Assembly: GCA_965248835.1 (NCBI GenBank)
Contig: CBDFLJ010000002.1
Span: 1,792,001-1,856,000 of the forward strand
DNA: 64,000 nucleotides
DNA from: Alphaproteobacteria bacterium
Lineage (GTDB): Bacteria > Pseudomonadota > Alphaproteobacteria > MPNO01
Direction of reading: 5' to 3'
Within the stretch, counting starts at the first letter, position 1. Every line of letters starts with the position of its first letter. The position numbers and the translations under genes were made by a program. Of the stretch, positions 60,548 through 64,000 are shown piece after piece. The notes beneath the pieces were generated by a model. That model was not told where the DNA came from, did no database searches, and was given only the letters and a program-made list of their open reading frames with translations.

Positions 60548-61060
60548 ATGGAACCCCGGTTGACCGCGTGGCTGCGCATTCCTTCCGATGCGTTGGCAAC
60601 CATCGCCGGCGTGCTGATCGTGGTGATGATGATCCATGTGTCGGCCGACGTGTTCGGCCGGCTGGTGCTCGGCGAGCCGATTCACGGCACGCTCGAGATC
60701 GTTGCCGGTTATTACATGGTCGCCGTCCTGTTCTTGCCGCTCGCCTATGTCAGCCGCGGCGAGGGCCATATTTATATCGAGCTGTTCACCCGCAAGCTGC
60801 CGCCGCGGCTGCTCTCCGGAATCGATGCCGGCGCGGCGCTGTTGACCCTCGTCTATGTCGCTTTGATGGCCTGGCAGAGCGCGGCCGAGGCGCTGATCCA
60901 GACCGAGGACGGCGAGATGTGGGAAACCGCCGACGATCTGATCATGATCTGGCCGAGCCGCTGGCTCATTCCCGTCGGCTGCGCGTTGATGGCGATATTC
61001 TTCGCCCGCCTCGCGCTGCGGCATACCCGCCGGGCCCACGAGCGGGCAGGTCTGGGGTGA
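60548..61060 (+). CDS. dctQ: TRAP transporter small permease
   Basis: Four TM segments, ADVFGR, HI.IELF; start uncertain. Confidence 0.9.
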   Translation: MEPRLTAWLRIPSDALATIAGVLIVVMMIHVSADVFGRLVLGEPIHGTLEIVAGYYMVAVLFLPLAYVSRGEGHIYIELFTRKLPPRLLSGIDAGAALLTLVYVALMAWQSAAEALIQTEDGEMWETADDLIMIWPSRWLIPVGCALMAIFFARLALRHTRRAHERAGLG

Positions 61061-61097
61061 GCCGGTTGCGGCGATCGGCGCGGCCGACTGGGCTTCG

Positions 61098-62405
61098 ATG
61101 ACCTCGCTCGATATCGGCTTCGTCGGCATCGGCGCGGTGATCGTCCTGATCTCGCTCCGGGTTCCCATCGGCGCCGCGCTGGGGCTGGTCGCCCTGGTCG
61201 GAATCGCCAGCATCCGCAGCGTCGATATCGCCTTTTCGGCGCTGCGCACCACCCCCTTCGAGTTTGCCGCCCACTGGTCGCTCTCGGCGATCCCCATGTT
61301 CCTGCTGATGGGCGCGATAGCCTATCACTCGGGAATCGGCACCGCCTTGTTCAACGCCGCCCGCGTATGGGTCGGCGCTCTGCCGGGCGGGCTCGCGGTC
61401 GCCGCCACCTTCGCCTGCGCCGGCTTCGCGGCGGCCTCCGGCGCCTCGATCGCCACCGCCGCGGCGATGGGGCGCATCACGATCCCGGAGATGCTGCGGA
61501 TCAACTACGACAAGGGTCTGGCGGCCGGGGTCGTGGCCAGCGCCGGAACCCTGGGCACGCTGATCCCGCCGAGCATCCTGATGGTGCTTTACGGCATCTT
61601 CGCCGAGGTCTCGGTCAGCAAGCTGTTCATCGCCGGCATCCTGCCCGGAATCCTGACGGCGATCGTCTATAGCGGCATGATCATCGTGCGCTGCCGCATC
61701 AACCCGGATCTCGCGCCGACCATCGATTTCGCCGCGACATGGCGCGAGCGGTTCACGTCGCTCAAGGACATCTGGCCGCTGGCGGTACTGGTGATCGGCA
61801 TCATCGGCGGGCTGTATACCGGCGTGTTCACGGCGACCGAGGCGGGCGCCGCAGGCGCCGCCCTGGCCCTGGTGATCGTCACCCTGCAGGGACGGATGAC
61901 CATCGAACGGCTCAAGGCGAGCGTGCTCGAAGCACTGAGCAGCACGGCGCGGATTTTTTTCGTGGCGGTAGGCGCGGTGCTGCTGACCCGGTTCCTCGCC
62001 CTGACGGGCGTTCCTACCTTTCTCGCCGATGTCATAGGCGGCTGGGCGGGCGATCCGCTGCTTTTGGTGATCTCGGCCTCGCTGGTCTATGTCGTGCTCG
62101 GGATGTTCCTCGACCCGCTCGGCGTGATGCTGCTGACCCTGCCTTTGTTCCTGCCGATGTTCATGGCGCTCGACCTCGACCTGATCTGGTTCGGGATCCT
62201 GGTGATAAAATATCTTGAAATCGGTCTGATCACCCCGCCGGTGGGCATGAACGTCTATGTCATCAAAAGCGTGGTCGGCGATCAGATCGAGCTCGAGACG
62301 ATCTTTAAAGGCGTGGCCTGGTTCCTCGTCTGCGATGTCGTCGTGATCGCGCTGATCGTCGCCTTTCCCGACATTGCGCTCCTTCTGCCAAGCATGATGA
62401 AATAG
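61098..62405 (+). CDS. dctM: TRAP transporter large permease
   Basis: AIPMFLLMG, LIPPS, ITPPVGMN. Confidence 0.95.
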   Translation: MTSLDIGFVGIGAVIVLISLRVPIGAALGLVALVGIASIRSVDIAFSALRTTPFEFAAHWSLSAIPMFLLMGAIAYHSGIGTALFNAARVWVGALPGGLAVAATFACAGFAAASGASIATAAAMGRITIPEMLRINYDKGLAAGVVASAGTLGTLIPPSILMVLYGIFAEVSVSKLFIAGILPGILTAIVYSGMIIVRCRINPDLAPTIDFAATWRERFTSLKDIWPLAVLVIGIIGGLYTGVFTATEAGAAGAALALVIVTLQGRMTIERLKASVLEALSSTARIFFVAVGAVLLTRFLALTGVPTFLADVIGGWAGDPLLLVISASLVYVVLGMFLDPLGVMLLTLPLFLPMFMALDLDLIWFGILVIKYLEIGLITPPVGMNVYVIKSVVGDQIELETIFKGVAWFLVCDVVVIALIVAFPDIALLLPSMMK

Positions 62406-62450
62406 GCAATGACCGAGGACCCCGCCAACAACGAATTGAGGGAGGATCGA

Positions 62451-63572
62451 ATGGTTCACCAACGGACTCTATGGGCCGGCGCTCTGCTCGCCGCGGGCTT
62501 GACTCTGGCCGGAAACGCCGTCGCCAAGGAGCTGATCTTCGGCAGCGCGCTGCCGCCGCAGCATAACGTCAACAAGCTGGGGCTTGCGCCGACCTTGGCG
62601 GCGATCGAGAAGAAGTCAGGTGGATCGCTCAAGTGGAAACTGCTTACCGGCGGCCAGCTTTTCGGCTTGCGCGCGTCCTTGACCAGTGTCGGCGGCGGCA
62701 TGGCCGATGCCGGAATCATCATCCCGAGCTTCGTCCAGTCCAAGCTGCCCCATGTCTACACCATCGTCGACATGGCGATGTTCGCCGAGGACGGCGTGGT
62801 CGCGGCGGCCGCGGCCGCGGAAACCATCTTCCATGACTGCCCGGAATGCCTGGCCGATTTCAAGAAGCAGAAGACGGTGCCGCTCGGGTTCTACGCCCTG
62901 ACCACCTATCACCTGATGTGCAACACCAAGGTTACCAACCTCGCCGAGGTCAAGGGTAAGCGCATGCGGACCTCGGGGGCCAATGGCAGATGGGCCAGGG
63001 CGATGGGCGGCACACCGATCCAGATGAGCGGCGCCGACATGATCGAAGCCCTCCAGCGCGGGCAAATCGATTGCACGATCGGCCCGTTAGGTTGGATCAA
63101 AGCCTATTCGATCGCCGAGTACATCACCCATGTGATCGATTTCCCGATGGGTAATTTCGCCGCCGCCGGGCATTTCGTGATGAACCGCGCGGCCTGGGAC
63201 GGGCTGACCCTGGCGGAGAAGAAGATCATGATCGAAGCCATGCCCAATTCCGGCGCGATGGCCTCGATCGACGGCTACGCGCGCGACGAGAAGACCGGCG
63301 CCGACATGGTCCGCAAGCGCGGCGCGGTGTTCAGCAAGGGCGGCAAGGAGTTCCAGGACCTGATGGAGCAGCACCGCGCCAACGAGTTGACCACCATCAT
63401 CGCCGCCGCCAAGAAGCGGCGGGTCAAGAACCCGGAGAAGGTGATCGAGGCTTACCGCGCCAATGTCGCGAAGTGGCAAAAATTGCTGGAAGGCAAGACC
63501 CGCGATACCGCGACGATCAGGGATCTGCTGTGGACGGAGATCTACTCCAGGATCGATCCCGCCACGCTGTGA
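62451..63572 (+). CDS. dctP: TRAP transporter substrate-binding protein
   Basis: GAGGA RBS, signal peptide, GKRMR, EALQRG.ID. Confidence 0.9.
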   Translation: MVHQRTLWAGALLAAGLTLAGNAVAKELIFGSALPPQHNVNKLGLAPTLAAIEKKSGGSLKWKLLTGGQLFGLRASLTSVGGGMADAGIIIPSFVQSKLPHVYTIVDMAMFAEDGVVAAAAAAETIFHDCPECLADFKKQKTVPLGFYALTTYHLMCNTKVTNLAEVKGKRMRTSGANGRWARAMGGTPIQMSGADMIEALQRGQIDCTIGPLGWIKAYSIAEYITHVIDFPMGNFAAAGHFVMNRAAWDGLTLAEKKIMIEAMPNSGAMASIDGYARDEKTGADMVRKRGAVFSKGGKEFQDLMEQHRANELTTIIAAAKKRRVKNPEKVIEAYRANVAKWQKLLEGKTRDTATIRDLLWTEIYSRIDPATL

Positions 63573-63644
63573 TCGCCCGGTAATCCGAAGCCCGGCGGCG
63601 CGGCCGAGCGTCGGCCGCCGGGTTGCGCGCACGCGGAGCGGAGA

Positions 63645-64000
63645 ATGGACCACGACCCGATCATCCTCGCGCTGACCCAGAACCGGCTCGACCACATCTC
63701 CCACCAGATGGGCTGGGTCATGGTGCGCACCGCGCGCAGCCCGATCTTCAGCCAGGCGCACGACTTCTCGTGTTTCATCGCCGGTCCCAACGGCGAGGTA
63801 GTCAGCCAGGCCGACGGCATCCCGATCCATACCGGCAGCGGCGGGTTCGGGGTGCGCGCCATCCTGCGCGACTTCGCCGACGTGATGGAGGAAGGCGACG
63901 TCTATCTGCTGAACGACCCCTGGGCGGCCGGCGGCAACCACCTGCCCGACTGGGTGATCGCACGGCCGGTGTTCGTCGCCGGCAGCTTCGTCGGAATGAC
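63645..64000 (+). CDS. Hydantoinase B / oxoprolinase family (partial)
   Basis: MDHDPIILALTQNRL...RTARSPIF...DFS...NDPW..GNHLPD; runs off window end. Confidence 0.9.
   Translation, partial: MDHDPIILALTQNRLDHISHQMGWVMVRTARSPIFSQAHDFSCFIAGPNGEVVSQADGIPIHTGSGGFGVRAILRDFADVMEEGDVYLLNDPWAAGGNHLPDWVIARPVFVAGSFVGM

Overview
High-GC bacterial chromosome segment, most likely Alphaproteobacteria (inferred from the tRNA-Pro / NDUFS4-like / tRNA-Arg neighbourhood and the TRAP/LLM/CoA-ligase-rich content). The backbone carries znuABC, ppk1-ppx-sixA, two tRNAs, many aromatic/heterocycle catabolic genes and a TRAP transporter. Three eroded accessory islands interrupt it. (1) About 5.56-13.07 kb, at the 3' end of tRNA-Arg(UCU): bounded by a 13-bp tRNA-end repeat and an 11-6-11 dif-like site, and carrying a Dsr1-like anti-phage sirtuin frameshifted by an exact 146-bp tandem duplication plus several gene remnants. 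(2) About 21.0-23.7 kb: an IS5/integrase chimera and an Xre-RES toxin-antitoxin pair. (3) About 42.5-48.8 kb, the best candidate for a new system: a tightly coupled cassette of ACP-like protein, XRE HTH, ImmA/IrrE peptidase, divergent thymidylate-synthase-like protein, aGPT-Pplase1-type base-hypermodification protein (with a possible AT-hook) and MazG, plus its own AcpS and a Dcd-fold protein that lacks the deaminase catalytic residues and ends in a TM helix. All calls come from motif recognition by eye; no database searches were run.
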